Positions 1 through 9,975 of a stretch of 64,000 nt of DNA are shown one piece after another (the stretch's first letter is position 1; every line of letters starts with the position of its first letter). Location: assembly GCA_902612575.1 (NCBI GenBank), contig CACMDZ010000001.1, positions 7,775 through 71,774 of the forward strand. The letters are read 5' to 3'. Source of the stretch: an uncultured Pelagibacteraceae bacterium. Its GTDB lineage: Bacteria; Pseudomonadota; Alphaproteobacteria; Pelagibacterales; Pelagibacteraceae. A program made the position numbers and the translations under genes. The notes under the pieces are model-generated. The model did not search any database. It was not told the DNA's origin and was given only the letters and a program-made list of their open reading frames with translations.

Positions 1-511
1 TTGCAGAGTTGTAAGCTCTAAATTTTAAACCTTCTAAATCTGAAACACTATTGATTTCATTTTTACTATATAGTCCTTGTGCGGGCCATGGAACAGCATA
101 TAAAAATACTAATCCCTTTTGATTTAAACTTTCAATGATTGCTGGCTTTGATGCTTGATATAGTTTCATAGCATCATCGTATGATGTTGCTAAAAAAGGT
201 TGAGAGTCGATTTCAAGAATGGGGTCAACTTTTCCTAATGCTGACATAAATCTTTCACCCATCTGTGCTTGACCAGTTCTTACTGCTCTAAAGATTTCTC
301 CACCTTTAAATAATGATCCACCTGGATGTGTAACTATTGTTAGTTTTCCTCCACTTTTCTCTGAAACGTTTTTAGCAAATTCTGCTGCATTTGCTGAGTG
401 AAAGTTACTTGCACCATAAGCTAAAGCCATATCCCACTTTTCAGAAGCATTTACATTTGCTATTAACAAGACAGAAAATAAAATAGAAAACAAAGTTTTT
501 AAAATTTTCAT
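1..511 (-). CDS. TRAP transporter periplasmic solute-binding protein (DctP family), 3' end outside window
   Basis: Hand-translated from ATG at 511 (SD GGAGG just upstream): MKILKTLFSILFSVLLIANVNASEKWDMALAYGASNFHS...SGGKLTIVTHPGGSLFKGGEIFRAVRTGQ...PWPAQGLY...LEGLKFRAY; signal peptide and DctP motifs. Confidence 0.88.
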   Translation of the reverse strand, partial: MKILKTLFSILFSVLLIANVNASEKWDMALAYGASNFHSANAAEFAKNVSEKSGGKLTIVTHPGGSLFKGGEIFRAVRTGQAQMGERFMSALGKVDPILEIDSQPFLATSYDDAMKLYQASKPAIIESLNQKGLVFLYAVPWPAQGLYSKNEINSVSDLEGLKFRAYNSA

Positions 512-625
512 TAATCCTCCTTAATTTTTAAAAAATACATCTCATTATGTATTATTTATTAAATCAATAAAAATTTTATCAAGATTTATTGAAAAATTAA
601 TAATTGTTACTATTATATAGTTATC

Positions 626-1240
626 TTGATTGAAGAAGCCCTTATTTTACTGCAAATTATCTTTATAGATATAATATTGGCAGCTGATAACGCCATAATA
701 ATTGGTCTAATTGCAGCTAATTTTGTACCGAAAAATAGAAAAAAAATCATTTTTTGGGGAGTGGTTGGAGCCTTAATTTTTAAAGTTTTATTTGCAGTAT
801 TTGCAACATATTTGTTCAAATTTTACTTTATAAAAATTCTAGGTGGTTTACTTTTAATTTGGATAGTAAATGATTTAAGAAAAGATCTATTACAAGCTCA
901 AAAGCAAGTAAAATCACCCACAAAAAAATCTTTAGAACCGTCATTTGCAAAGGGCATGTACAAAGTTCTTTTTGCAGATATCACAATTAGTTTTGACAAT
1001 GTTATAGGTGTTGTGGGGGCTTCTAAAGGTAACTTTGGTTTTATGATTTTTGGTTTAATTTTATCTGTAGTTCTTACTGGAGCAATGGCTACTTATTTAG
1101 CTAATTATATTCAGAAGCATTTATGGGTTGTTTATGTAGGAATCGCATTTATTGTTTTACTTGCAATACAACTTATTATTGGTGGACTTGTAGATTTAGA
1201 AATCTTAAGAATTAATGAACAGTTTAAAAAATACTTTTAA
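626..1240 (+). CDS. TerC/YjbE-family integral membrane protein
   Basis: IDIILAADNAIII and ADITISFDNVIGVVGA motifs; multiple TM segments. Confidence 0.85.
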   Translation: MIEEALILLQIIFIDIILAADNAIIIGLIAANFVPKNRKKIIFWGVVGALIFKVLFAVFATYLFKFYFIKILGGLLLIWIVNDLRKDLLQAQKQVKSPTKKSLEPSFAKGMYKVLFADITISFDNVIGVVGASKGNFGFMIFGLILSVVLTGAMATYLANYIQKHLWVVYVGIAFIVLLAIQLIIGGLVDLEILRINEQFKKYF

Positions 1241-2016
1241 TATGAGTATTTTATTGATGGGTAAGAACCATTCTTAACATCCGTTTGAAATTTTTTTACT
1301 GCATTCCTTATATTTTTTTTTAAATTAATATATTTTTTTACGAATTTCATTTTCGAGTTTGTCAAACCTAAAATATCATCTGTGACTAAAATCTGACCAT
1401 CGCAATATTTTGAAGATCCAATTCCTATTGTAGGTATTTTGATAGTTTTAGTAATTTCTTGAGACAACTTTCTTTCAATACATTCTAAAACTATTGCAAA
1501 TACACCTGCTTCCTCTAATGATTTAGAATCTTTGAGTAATTTTTTTTTTTCAAAAGCTGTTCTCCCTTTATATCTGTATTTTCCTCTTATTGTTTGTGGA
1601 GTTATGCCTATATGCCCCATGACTGGAATTTTATTATTAATCAAATACTTAATTATGTAATTTAACTCTCTACCGCCTTCTAGTTTTATACCATCACACT
1701 TTGTTTCTTTTAAGACTTTTTTACAATTTTTTAGAGCTTGAGATTTGTTTTTATAAGTATCGAAAGGCATATCAACTATCATTAAGCTTTTCTTGACACC
1801 TTTTCTTACACTCTTCGAATGTTCTATCATCATTTTAAGATTAACTTTTCTTGTTGTATCATAATTATATAAAACTGAACCTAGCGAGTCTCCTACAAGT
1901 ATTAAGTCTGCATGTTGGTCAATTTCTTCAGCTATGTTTTTTGAATATGCAGTTAAACAAACAATTTTTGATTTATTTTTTTTTTTTAAAGTAAGCCTAC
2001 GTATTTTTGTAAGCAT
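1237..2016 (-). CDS. panB: 3-methyl-2-oxobutanoate hydroxymethyltransferase
   Basis: LTAY, LVGDSLG, DMPF, KLEGG, GHIGITPQ, PTIGIG, DGQILV motifs. Confidence 0.96.
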   Translation of the reverse strand: MLTKIRRLTLKKKNKSKIVCLTAYSKNIAEEIDQHADLILVGDSLGSVLYNYDTTRKVNLKMMIEHSKSVRKGVKKSLMIVDMPFDTYKNKSQALKNCKKVLKETKCDGIKLEGGRELNYIIKYLINNKIPVMGHIGITPQTIRGKYRYKGRTAFEKKKLLKDSKSLEEAGVFAIVLECIERKLSQEITKTIKIPTIGIGSSKYCDGQILVTDDILGLTNSKMKFVKKYINLKKNIRNAVKKFQTDVKNGSYPSIKYSY

Positions 2017-2025
2017 AATTATGTA

Positions 2026-2445
2026 CTACCAAGTACCTGTATTTTCCATGGATTTCCATGGTTCCAGGGGCTCTAAATAACCATCTTGAAGTATTTCAAC
2101 TGAAATTTTATCTGGAGATCTTACAAAGGCCATGTGACCGTCTCTAGGGGGTCTATTAATAGTATACCCCATGTCTTTCAATCTTTGACATGTCTCATAT
2201 ATATTCTCAACTCTATATGCTAAATGTCCAAAATTTCTAGATCCTTCACCTAAACTATCGCCATCCCAATTATAAGTTAATTCTATTTCCGCTCCATTAT
2301 CATTAGGAGCAGCTAGAAATACTAAGGTATACCTACCTTTTTCACTTTCCTTCCTTCTTGTCTCTTTTAATCCCAAACCTTCACAAAAAAATCTTAAAGA
2401 ATCCTCGATATTAGAAACTCTAATCATTGTATGTAAATATTTCAT
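2026..2445 (-). CDS. gloA: Lactoylglutathione lyase (glyoxalase I, VOC family)
   Basis: [27 protein letters not shown] motifs. Confidence 0.9.
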   Translation of the reverse strand: MKYLHTMIRVSNIEDSLRFFCEGLGLKETRRKESEKGRYTLVFLAAPNDNGAEIELTYNWDGDSLGEGSRNFGHLAYRVENIYETCQRLKDMGYTINRPPRDGHMAFVRSPDKISVEILQDGYLEPLEPWKSMENTGTW

Positions 2446-2466
2446 AGGGTTCTTTATATACGCTTA

Positions 2467-4041
2467 TTATTCCAATTCAATAGTGCTTGGTGGCTTAGAA
2501 GTAACATCGTAAACAACCCTGTTAATACCTTTTATATTGTTCACAATTTTATTAGAAATTGATTGAATATAAGACTTATTGAATTGATAGAAATCAGCTG
2601 TCATTCCATCTTCAGATGTTATTGCTCTTAAAAGGCATAAGTATTCATAAGTTCTATTGTCACCCATTACACCAACTGTTTTTACAGGTAATAAAGCTGC
2701 ATATGCCTGCCATATTTTATCATATAAATTATGCTGTTTTAAAGACTGAATAAAATAATTGTCAGCTTCCTTTAAAATTTTAATTTTTTCTTTAGTTATT
2801 TTGCCAGGCATCCTGATAGCTAGCCCAGGTCCTGGAAAAGGGTGCCTTGAAATTATTTCTCTATTTAATCCAAGTTCTAATCCTAATTTTCTTACTTCAT
2901 CTTTGAATAGATATTTAAGAGGTTCAACTAATTTAAGATTCATTTTTTTTGGTAAACCTCCTACATTATGATGTGATTTAATCTTTGAAGTTTGGCTTCC
3001 TGTAACAGATTTGCTTTCTATTAAATCAGGATATAGCGTACCTTGTGCTAAAAATTCAACATTTTTTATTTTTTTAGCATATTTTTCAAAAATTTTTATA
3101 AAAAGGTTACCAATTATTTTTCTTTTTTTTTCTGGATCAGTTACATTTTTTAATTTTGATAAAAATATATTTTCAGCATTCACATATATTAAATTAATTT
3201 TAAATCTTTTTTTAAATGTATTTACTACTTGAGTTTCTTCGTTTTTTCTCAAAAGACCTGTATTAACAAATATACAGGTCAATTTTTTTCCTATAGCATT
3301 TGATAATAGTTTTGCAACAACGCTACTATCTACACCTCCAGATAATGCACAAATTACTCTCGAATCTCCAACTAAATTTCTTACTTCGTTTATCAGTTTT
3401 TTCTTTTGATCAATTGAAGACCAGTTTCTTTTGATTTTACAAATAGAAAACATAAAGTTTTTTAGTATTTGTTTTCCCTTATTGGTATGACTGACCTCTG
3501 GGTGAAACTGAATGCCAAAAAATTTTTTTTCTAAATTTTCAATTATACATAGTTTGGAATTTTTACTCTTTGCTAATACATGGAAATTTTTTGGCAACTT
3601 GGTTACTTGATCTGCATGACTCATCCATACATTGTTTTTACCTTTTAAAAAAAAATTTTTTGTAAGTTTACTTTTTTTAACCTGTTCAACTTCAGCTAGA
3701 CCAAACTCTCTATATTTTGAATTTTTAACTCTACCTCCTAATTCTTTAGAAATAATTTGATGTCCAAAGCAAATACCTAAAACTGGTACACCCAATTTTA
3801 GAAGTTTATTGTTAAATTTTACTTTATTATTTTCATAAACATTTAGAGGTCCTCCAGACAAAATTATGCCCTTTATATTTTCTTGAAATTTTTTATAATT
3901 TATAAGTTTTTTATGACTTATTATTTCACAATAAACGCCAAATTCTCTGATTTTTCGAGCTATTAATTGGGTAAATTGAGATCCAAAATCTACAATTAAT
4001 ATTTTATTAAGATTGTCCTCAAGACGCATCTTTTTTTTCAA
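2467..4041 (-). CDS. guaA: GMP synthase (glutamine-hydrolysing)
   Basis: [45 protein letters not shown]; start may be a few codons downstream. Confidence 0.97.
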   Translation of the reverse strand: MKKKMRLEDNLNKILIVDFGSQFTQLIARKIREFGVYCEIISHKKLINYKKFQENIKGIILSGGPLNVYENNKVKFNNKLLKLGVPVLGICFGHQIISKELGGRVKNSKYREFGLAEVEQVKKSKLTKNFFLKGKNNVWMSHADQVTKLPKNFHVLAKSKNSKLCIIENLEKKFFGIQFHPEVSHTNKGKQILKNFMFSICKIKRNWSSIDQKKKLINEVRNLVGDSRVICALSGGVDSSVVAKLLSNAIGKKLTCIFVNTGLLRKNEETQVVNTFKKRFKINLIYVNAENIFLSKLKNVTDPEKKRKIIGNLFIKIFEKYAKKIKNVEFLAQGTLYPDLIESKSVTGSQTSKIKSHHNVGGLPKKMNLKLVEPLKYLFKDEVRKLGLELGLNREIISRHPFPGPGLAIRMPGKITKEKIKILKEADNYFIQSLKQHNLYDKIWQAYAALLPVKTVGVMGDNRTYEYLCLLRAITSEDGMTADFYQFNKSYIQSISNKIVNNIKGINRVVYDVTSKPPSTIELE

Positions 4042-4447
4042 AATCTTTCAAGCGACTTTCAATTAAATCTATTTTTTTACACATCTCAACACATATTTTT
4101 TTAAAATCTTTGCTTAATTCATCTGCTTTTGAGAAGTTTGATCTTTCTAGTTCGATATCTATTAGAAGATACATTGCCTCTTCATTCTTTGGGTCTAAAA
4201 GAAGAGTGGTATTTATATTTTTTTCTTCTTGTCTTTTATCATCCTCTATTTTGTATATTTTTGCTAAATATAAATATGATTCAGAATCTTTAGGATTATA
4301 AACTATATTTCTTTGAAATAAAAATTTCGAGTCTTCATATTTTTGATTTTCGAATAAATCCTTTGCTTCATTAAAAAAATTATTTTCATTTGCTTTCGCA
4401 ATAATATTGAACAAAAAAAAACATATTATTAAAATAAAGTATTTCAT
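4019..4447 (-). CDS. Exported tetratricopeptide-repeat protein
   Basis: N-terminal signal-like hydrophobic stretch; TPR-like helices ([27 protein letters not shown]). Confidence 0.7.
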   Translation of the reverse strand: MKYFILIICFFLFNIIAKANENNFFNEAKDLFENQKYEDSKFLFQRNIVYNPKDSESYLYLAKIYKIEDDKRQEEKNINTTLLLDPKNEEAMYLLIDIELERSNFSKADELSKDFKKICVEMCKKIDLIESRLKDFEKKDAS

Positions 4448-4449
4448 GT

Positions 4450-5514
4450 TTATTTTTTTACTAAATCTATATTATGTACCATACTTTCATAAAAACCTGC
4501 CTTGGTAATTTTTACAAATTTTGGTTTTTTTCTTAATTCAATAACTTTTTTTGCTCCCAAATAGCCCATTGATGATTTTAAACCTCCAATTAAGTTATAA
4601 ATTATTTTATCAACACTACCTCTATATTTAATATATCCCTCTACTCCTTCAGCTACATATTTTGAAGTATCTTTTTGTTTAGATTGAAAATATCTATCTG
4701 CAGAACCTTTATTCATTGCTCCAATTGATCCCATGCCTCTAAAATATTTATATAATCTACCATTTTTTTTAATTTTTTTTCCTGGGGCTTGATCTGTTCC
4801 TGCAAATAAAGACCCTATCATAACTGCATCTGCTCCAGCTGCTAAGGCTTTTGCAATATCACCAGAAAATTTTATGCCTCCATCAGCAATTAATTTTATA
4901 TTACTTTTTCCAATCCCTTTTCTAACGTCTATGATAGCTGTTAACTGTGGAACTCCTATTCCTGCCACAAGTCTTGTGGTACAAATTGATCCTGGGCCAA
5001 TCCCAACTTTAATAATGTCCACTCCTAATTTAACTAAGAATTTTGCAGCCTCTGATGTTGCAATATTTCCAGCACATATTGCTGTATTTTTTGAACGTAA
5101 TTTTTTAATTTTTTTTATTATATCTGCTACTTTTTTTGTATGTGCATGGGCTGTATCAATTACGATTAAGTCTGGGTTTTCTTTTAAAAGTCTTTTTGCT
5201 CTAATTAATTCTTTTTCACTTGCACCTACTGCTGCACCTACTAGGAGTTTTTTAGATTTTACTTTTCTTATTTCCTCAATTTGATCTGCTATACTTAAAT
5301 TTCTATGAATTATTCCTATACCTCCTGCTTTTGCCATAGCAATGGCCATTGATGACTCAGTGACTGTATCCATTGCAGATGATAGAAGAGGAATATTTAT
5401 ATTGATTTTTCTTAATAAATTTACAGAAGTGTTAACTTCACTAGGTAGTATTTCTGAATAATTAGGAGCTAATGTTACATCATCAAATGTTAAAGCTTCT
5501 TTAATAGTATCCAT
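4450..5514 (-). CDS. guaB: IMP dehydrogenase lacking the CBS (Bateman) subdomain
   Basis: ALTFDDV, SAMDTVTE, GIGPGSICTTR, IADGGI, RGMGS, EGVEG; 354 aa, IHRN...EIRKVK joins directly to LLVGAAVG. Confidence 0.95.
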   Translation of the reverse strand: MDTIKEALTFDDVTLAPNYSEILPSEVNTSVNLLRKININIPLLSSAMDTVTESSMAIAMAKAGGIGIIHRNLSIADQIEEIRKVKSKKLLVGAAVGASEKELIRAKRLLKENPDLIVIDTAHAHTKKVADIIKKIKKLRSKNTAICAGNIATSEAAKFLVKLGVDIIKVGIGPGSICTTRLVAGIGVPQLTAIIDVRKGIGKSNIKLIADGGIKFSGDIAKALAAGADAVMIGSLFAGTDQAPGKKIKKNGRLYKYFRGMGSIGAMNKGSADRYFQSKQKDTSKYVAEGVEGYIKYRGSVDKIIYNLIGGLKSSMGYLGAKKVIELRKKPKFVKITKAGFYESMVHNIDLVKK

Positions 5515-5553
5515 GTCCTTATATAAATGATTCTTAGAAAAAGAAAAGAGTAT

Positions 5554-6165
5554 CTATTGTAGATTTTTGCAAATTATAAAATTTTCTTTAGAATCTTTTC
5601 TGCTGGATGGAGGTTTGAAGATATATACCTCTTTAAATGATTTTTTACCTAATGCGACAATCTCGTTAAAAGATGATCCCATGAAAAGTTTTGAAATAAA
5701 TCTTCCTTTTTTGCTCAGCAAACCAAGAGAAAAATTCATCGCTTCTATACACAATTCACCAGTGACAAATGAGTCTACACTTTTATTACCAGTAGTATTC
5801 ACTGCCATATCTGAAATTACTAGGTCTACTTTTTTTTCAAAATAATTTTGTATTTTAAATTTATTTTGATCATCTTTAAAATCTCCTATTATATGTTTCA
5901 AGTTTTTAATTGGCTTAATATCTTTCAGATCAATTGATATTATTTTGATGTTAATATAATTTCTCGATATATACTGTGACCAACTACCTGGTGCAGCACC
6001 CAAATCTACTACTAGCATACTATTTTTAATTAAATTAAATTTTTCATTTATTTCTTGTAATTTATATGCAGCTCTGGATCTATAGCCTTCTAATTTTGAT
6101 TTTTTTACGTATATGTCTCTTTTTTGCTTGATGATCCAATTTTTTGAAAATTTATTCTTTTTCAA
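5554..6165 (-). CDS. rlmE: 23S rRNA Um2552 methyltransferase
   Basis: YRSRAAYKL, DLGAAPGSW, ISDMA, KPPSSRKDSKE. Confidence 0.94.
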   Translation of the reverse strand: MKKNKFSKNWIIKQKRDIYVKKSKLEGYRSRAAYKLQEINEKFNLIKNSMLVVDLGAAPGSWSQYISRNYINIKIISIDLKDIKPIKNLKHIIGDFKDDQNKFKIQNYFEKKVDLVISDMAVNTTGNKSVDSFVTGELCIEAMNFSLGLLSKKGRFISKLFMGSSFNEIVALGKKSFKEVYIFKPPSSRKDSKENFIICKNLQ

Positions 6166-6246
6166 TTAATTCTTTTAACTTAAATTATTATTTGAGAGAT
6201 GGAGATAATTATGACCTATCATTAAATTTATTTTATATTTTATCAC

Positions 6247-7047
6247 TTATAATACATCTTCATGATCTTCAATTTCACTAGCCGAAGCCTTTACATTTTT
6301 TTTTATGATTGAGTAATGAATTGCACTAATTGGAACCATAATTAAATAAATTACTCCTGAAATCAATATGGCATTAAATGTGTAAACTAATATTAAACCA
6401 AAATATAAAATTATGCCAAATAACAAAAATATTGACGTACTTCTAGGAACTACAATTCTTTTAAATGAATAAGTTGGTATTTTACTAATTAGCAAAATTG
6501 AAACTATTATAAACATAATTGGAACAATAATTTGATAATTTAAATTTAAAATTTGAAACTCACTTATGCTAAAAATTAATGGCAGTAAAACCAACACACC
6601 CCCTGCTGGTGACGGAACTCCTTCAAAAAAATTATCTTTCCATGAACTTTCCTCGTTCGAAGAAACGTTAAATCTTGCAAGTCTTAGTGCAACACAAATA
6701 ACATAGATAAGTGAAATTAACCATCCTACTCTTCCTATTTCAGATAATGACCAAAAATACATTATAAATGCTGGGGCAACACCAAAACTTATTACATCAG
6801 TGAGTGAGTCTAATTCTTTTCCTACTTTTGAAGTTCCTTTTATTAACCTTGCTATTCTCCCATCCAAACCATCTATAATTGCAGCAACAATTACTGAAAT
6901 TATTGATAATTCAAATTTTCCATCAAATGCAAATTTGATTGATGACAAACCAATACAAACTCCAATCAGTGTCAATATATTAGGCAAGATTACTCTTGTT
7001 TTTTTATTTGAGACTAATTTAATATTTTTATTTTTTTGAAACTCCAT
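6247..7047 (-). CDS. pssA: CDP-diacylglycerol--serine O-phosphatidyltransferase
   Basis: DGLDGRIAR...GKELDSLTD CDP-alcohol phosphotransferase motif; LRLARFN; adjacent to psd. Confidence 0.93.
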   Translation of the reverse strand: MEFQKNKNIKLVSNKKTRVILPNILTLIGVCIGLSSIKFAFDGKFELSIISVIVAAIIDGLDGRIARLIKGTSKVGKELDSLTDVISFGVAPAFIMYFWSLSEIGRVGWLISLIYVICVALRLARFNVSSNEESSWKDNFFEGVPSPAGGVLVLLPLIFSISEFQILNLNYQIIVPIMFIIVSILLISKIPTYSFKRIVVPRSTSIFLLFGIILYFGLILVYTFNAILISGVIYLIMVPISAIHYSIIKKNVKASASEIEDHEDVL

Positions 7048-7051
7048 ATGC

Positions 7052-7696
7052 TTATTTTTTTGCTAATAATGTTTCACCAGCAAAAGTCTTTTGATTTATT
7101 TTGACCAATGGCGTGTAATTTTCAAAATATATATCAGCTCTACTTCCAAATCTGATCATCCCTATTCTCGAACCCTGCTTAACAGTTTCATCTTTTGAAA
7201 CTTCTGTGACAATCCTTCTGGCAACAAGTCCTGCTATTTGCACTACAATTATATCTTCACCCTCTAAGTTTTTTATTTTATAATAATTCCTCTCATTTTC
7301 CTCACTAGCTTTATCTAGTGATGCATTGAAAAACTTTCCAGGTTTATAAAGTATTTCTGATATAACTCCTGAGCAAGGAGATCTATTTACATGACAATCA
7401 AATACATCCATAAATATACTAATTTTTTTCATTTGTTTATTTTCTAAACCTAGCTCTTTAGGACCTTTTGTATCTAATACTTGTAATACAATTCCATCAG
7501 CCGGACTAGTAAGATAGTTTTCATCACTTATTGAAATTCTTTCAGGGTCCCTAAAAAAATAATAGCACCAAATTGTCAGAGCTAATCCTATAAATCCTAG
7601 AAATCCATTTATTAAGTAAAGGATTACAGTAGCGATTGCAAAAATTATAATAAATTTGTATCCTTCACTATGTAGTTTTGGAAAAATTTTATTCAT
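7052..7696 (-). CDS. psd: Phosphatidylserine decarboxylase proenzyme
   Basis: FFRDPER, SPADG, QIAGLVARRI, IRFGSR cleavage motif. Confidence 0.94.
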   Translation of the reverse strand: MNKIFPKLHSEGYKFIIIFAIATVILYLINGFLGFIGLALTIWCYYFFRDPERISISDENYLTSPADGIVLQVLDTKGPKELGLENKQMKKISIFMDVFDCHVNRSPCSGVISEILYKPGKFFNASLDKASEENERNYYKIKNLEGEDIIVVQIAGLVARRIVTEVSKDETVKQGSRIGMIRFGSRADIYFENYTPLVKINQKTFAGETLLAKK

Positions 7697-7773
7697 TACA
7701 ATCCTATAATTGATAAACTGGATTAATATGTATACAAAAACAATAAATTCAACTATTAAGATATATCGAAAAA

Positions 7774-8988
7774 ATGAGTAAAATAAAGGTTAAAAACCCC
7801 ATTGTGGAATTAGATGGTGATGAAATGACACGAGTTATATGGGAGTTCATAAAAAATAAACTTATCTTACCTTTTCTAGATCTCGACATTGAATATTACG
7901 ATTTAGGAATGAAAAATAGGGATAATACTGAAGATAAAATCACCATTGATTGTGCAAATGCAATTAGAAGAAATGGTGTAGGAATAAAATGTGCCACTAT
8001 TACTCCAGATGAAGCAAGAGTAAAAGAATTTAATCTAAAAAAAATGTGGAGATCACCAAATGGAACGATAAGAAATATTATTGGAGGAACTGTTTTTAGA
8101 GAGCCTATAATTTGTAAAAATATTCCAAAACTTGTTCCATCTTGGACAGACCCGTTAATTATTGGAAGACATGCATTTGGTGATCAGTATAGAGCTACAG
8201 ATTTTGAAGTACCTGGAAAAGGAAAATTAGAAATAAAATGGACTGCTGAAGATGGAAGTGATGAAAAAAAATATGAAGTTTTCAATTTTCCTAGCGCTGG
8301 AATTGCTCTTTCAATGTATAATCTAGATAAATCAATCGAAGATTTTGCAAGATCATGTTTTAATTATGGATTAATAAAAAAATGGCCTGTCTATTTATCT
8401 ACAAAAAATACAATTTTAAAAAAATATGATGGAAGATTTAAAGATATTTTTCAAAATATATATGAAAATGAGTTTAAATCTGATTTTGAAAAAAATCATA
8501 TTTTATATGAGCATAGATTAATCGATGATATGGTTGCTTGTGCAATGAAATGGAGTGGAAAATATATCTGGGCGTGTAAAAATTATGATGGTGATGTTCA
8601 ATCGGATACTGTTGCTCAAGGATATGGATCTTTAGGATTGATGACAAGCGTATTGCTAGCACCTGATGGCAAAACAATGGAAGCAGAAGCGGCACACGGA
8701 ACTGTTACACGTCATTTTAGAATGCATCAACAAGGAAAAGAAACATCAACTAATCCTATAGCTTCAATTTTTGCATGGACTAGAGGGCTAGCACACAGAG
8801 GAAAATTAGACTCAAATGATGAATTAATCAAATTTTCTGAAAGTTTAGAAAAAGTTTGTATTGACGCTGTAGAAGAGGGACATATGACAAAAGATTTAGC
8901 TATATTAATTGGTCCATCGAATAAATACTTAACTACTAATCAATTTCTTGAAATAATAAAGTCGAAACTAGAAAATAAACTAAATTAA
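7774..8988 (+). CDS. icd: NADP-dependent isocitrate dehydrogenase
   Basis: [46 protein letters not shown]. Confidence 0.97.
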   Translation: MSKIKVKNPIVELDGDEMTRVIWEFIKNKLILPFLDLDIEYYDLGMKNRDNTEDKITIDCANAIRRNGVGIKCATITPDEARVKEFNLKKMWRSPNGTIRNIIGGTVFREPIICKNIPKLVPSWTDPLIIGRHAFGDQYRATDFEVPGKGKLEIKWTAEDGSDEKKYEVFNFPSAGIALSMYNLDKSIEDFARSCFNYGLIKKWPVYLSTKNTILKKYDGRFKDIFQNIYENEFKSDFEKNHILYEHRLIDDMVACAMKWSGKYIWACKNYDGDVQSDTVAQGYGSLGLMTSVLLAPDGKTMEAEAAHGTVTRHFRMHQQGKETSTNPIASIFAWTRGLAHRGKLDSNDELIKFSESLEKVCIDAVEEGHMTKDLAILIGPSNKYLTTNQFLEIIKSKLENKLN

Positions 8989-9975
8989 TTGGAAAAGAAT
9001 TTAAATAATATTCTATTTATAAATACTGGCGGAGGCATAGGTGATGCACTTTCCACTCTGCCAACTCTTAATTATATAAATGCAAATCTAAAACCTAAAG
9101 AATTATATTACTTTTCAACTGATTTAGGAAATTTTTGGTTTGATACAAAACTTCAGGAATATAAACCTGATAATTTAATATCTGTAAGAAGTTTTCCTGA
9201 ACATTTTGGTTTCAGAAATCATCATAATAAAATATCTCAAGATGTTATAAAAAGTTTTGAATTTGATAAATTTGATTTAATAATTGACAATCAAACTAGA
9301 TTAAAAAATACTTTAATTTACAAAAAAATTCCCCATAAATACTATGTTTCGCCATGTCTCAACTATTTAATGAGCAAACCTATTACGTTTATGAAAAAAA
9401 GAGAAATTTTTGCAGTCAGAATAATAGATTACTTTAATAATTTAAAAGGATTAAATATTAAACCAAATTATAATATTCAAATTCCAGATAATTTTATAAT
9501 TGAAGCAAAAAAATTAATACCCAATAAAAATTATGTAGGATTTTCAATTACTGCTGGGCATCAAACTAGAATGAAAGAAATAAATTTTGATGAGATAATT
9601 AAAGTCGCAAGTTATTTTTCAAAAAAATATATCCCAACTTTTTTTATAGAGAATAAATATCAAAATTTAATAGGGGAAATTAAAAAAAAAATCAAAAATG
9701 CTTATTTTCCAGAAAATCAGGTAAGTGATGAATTTAAAAAACCTATGCTTGTAACTGCTTTAGGCTCATTGACTAAATTTAATATAACAATTGATAACGG
9801 AATATCGCATATGCTATCGTTTTCAAATAATAAAACATATATTTTTTATAATATTTCATCAAAAAAATTTCAGCCTATGAATCATAATTGTATTATCTAT
9901 GATTGCAGTTTAAATAATTCATCAATAGATACGTTATCCAGTGAAGAAATAATAAATTTTGTTGAAAATAATTAA
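8989..9975 (+). CDS. Glycosyltransferase family 9 (ADP-heptose:LPS heptosyltransferase-like)
   Basis: GGGIGDAL N-terminal motif and TIDNGISHM (DxGxxH) motif; TTG start directly after icd stop. Confidence 0.75.
   Translation: MEKNLNNILFINTGGGIGDALSTLPTLNYINANLKPKELYYFSTDLGNFWFDTKLQEYKPDNLISVRSFPEHFGFRNHHNKISQDVIKSFEFDKFDLIIDNQTRLKNTLIYKKIPHKYYVSPCLNYLMSKPITFMKKREIFAVRIIDYFNNLKGLNIKPNYNIQIPDNFIIEAKKLIPNKNYVGFSITAGHQTRMKEINFDEIIKVASYFSKKYIPTFFIENKYQNLIGEIKKKIKNAYFPENQVSDEFKKPMLVTALGSLTKFNITIDNGISHMLSFSNNKTYIFYNISSKKFQPMNHNCIIYDCSLNNSSIDTLSSEEIINFVENN

Noticed and set aside
512-625. Possible yybP-ykoY (Mn) riboswitch upstream of the TerC-family gene
   Set aside because: The gap is about 115 bp and extremely AT-rich, holds divergent promoters, and shows no stems or conserved riboswitch motifs
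4874-5284. 136-aa plus-strand ORF and the many similar short ORFs in the track (e.g. 10426-10890, 48688-49125, 57947-58273)
   Set aside because: They are antisense shadows of well-supported genes, with no recognisable motifs or RBS
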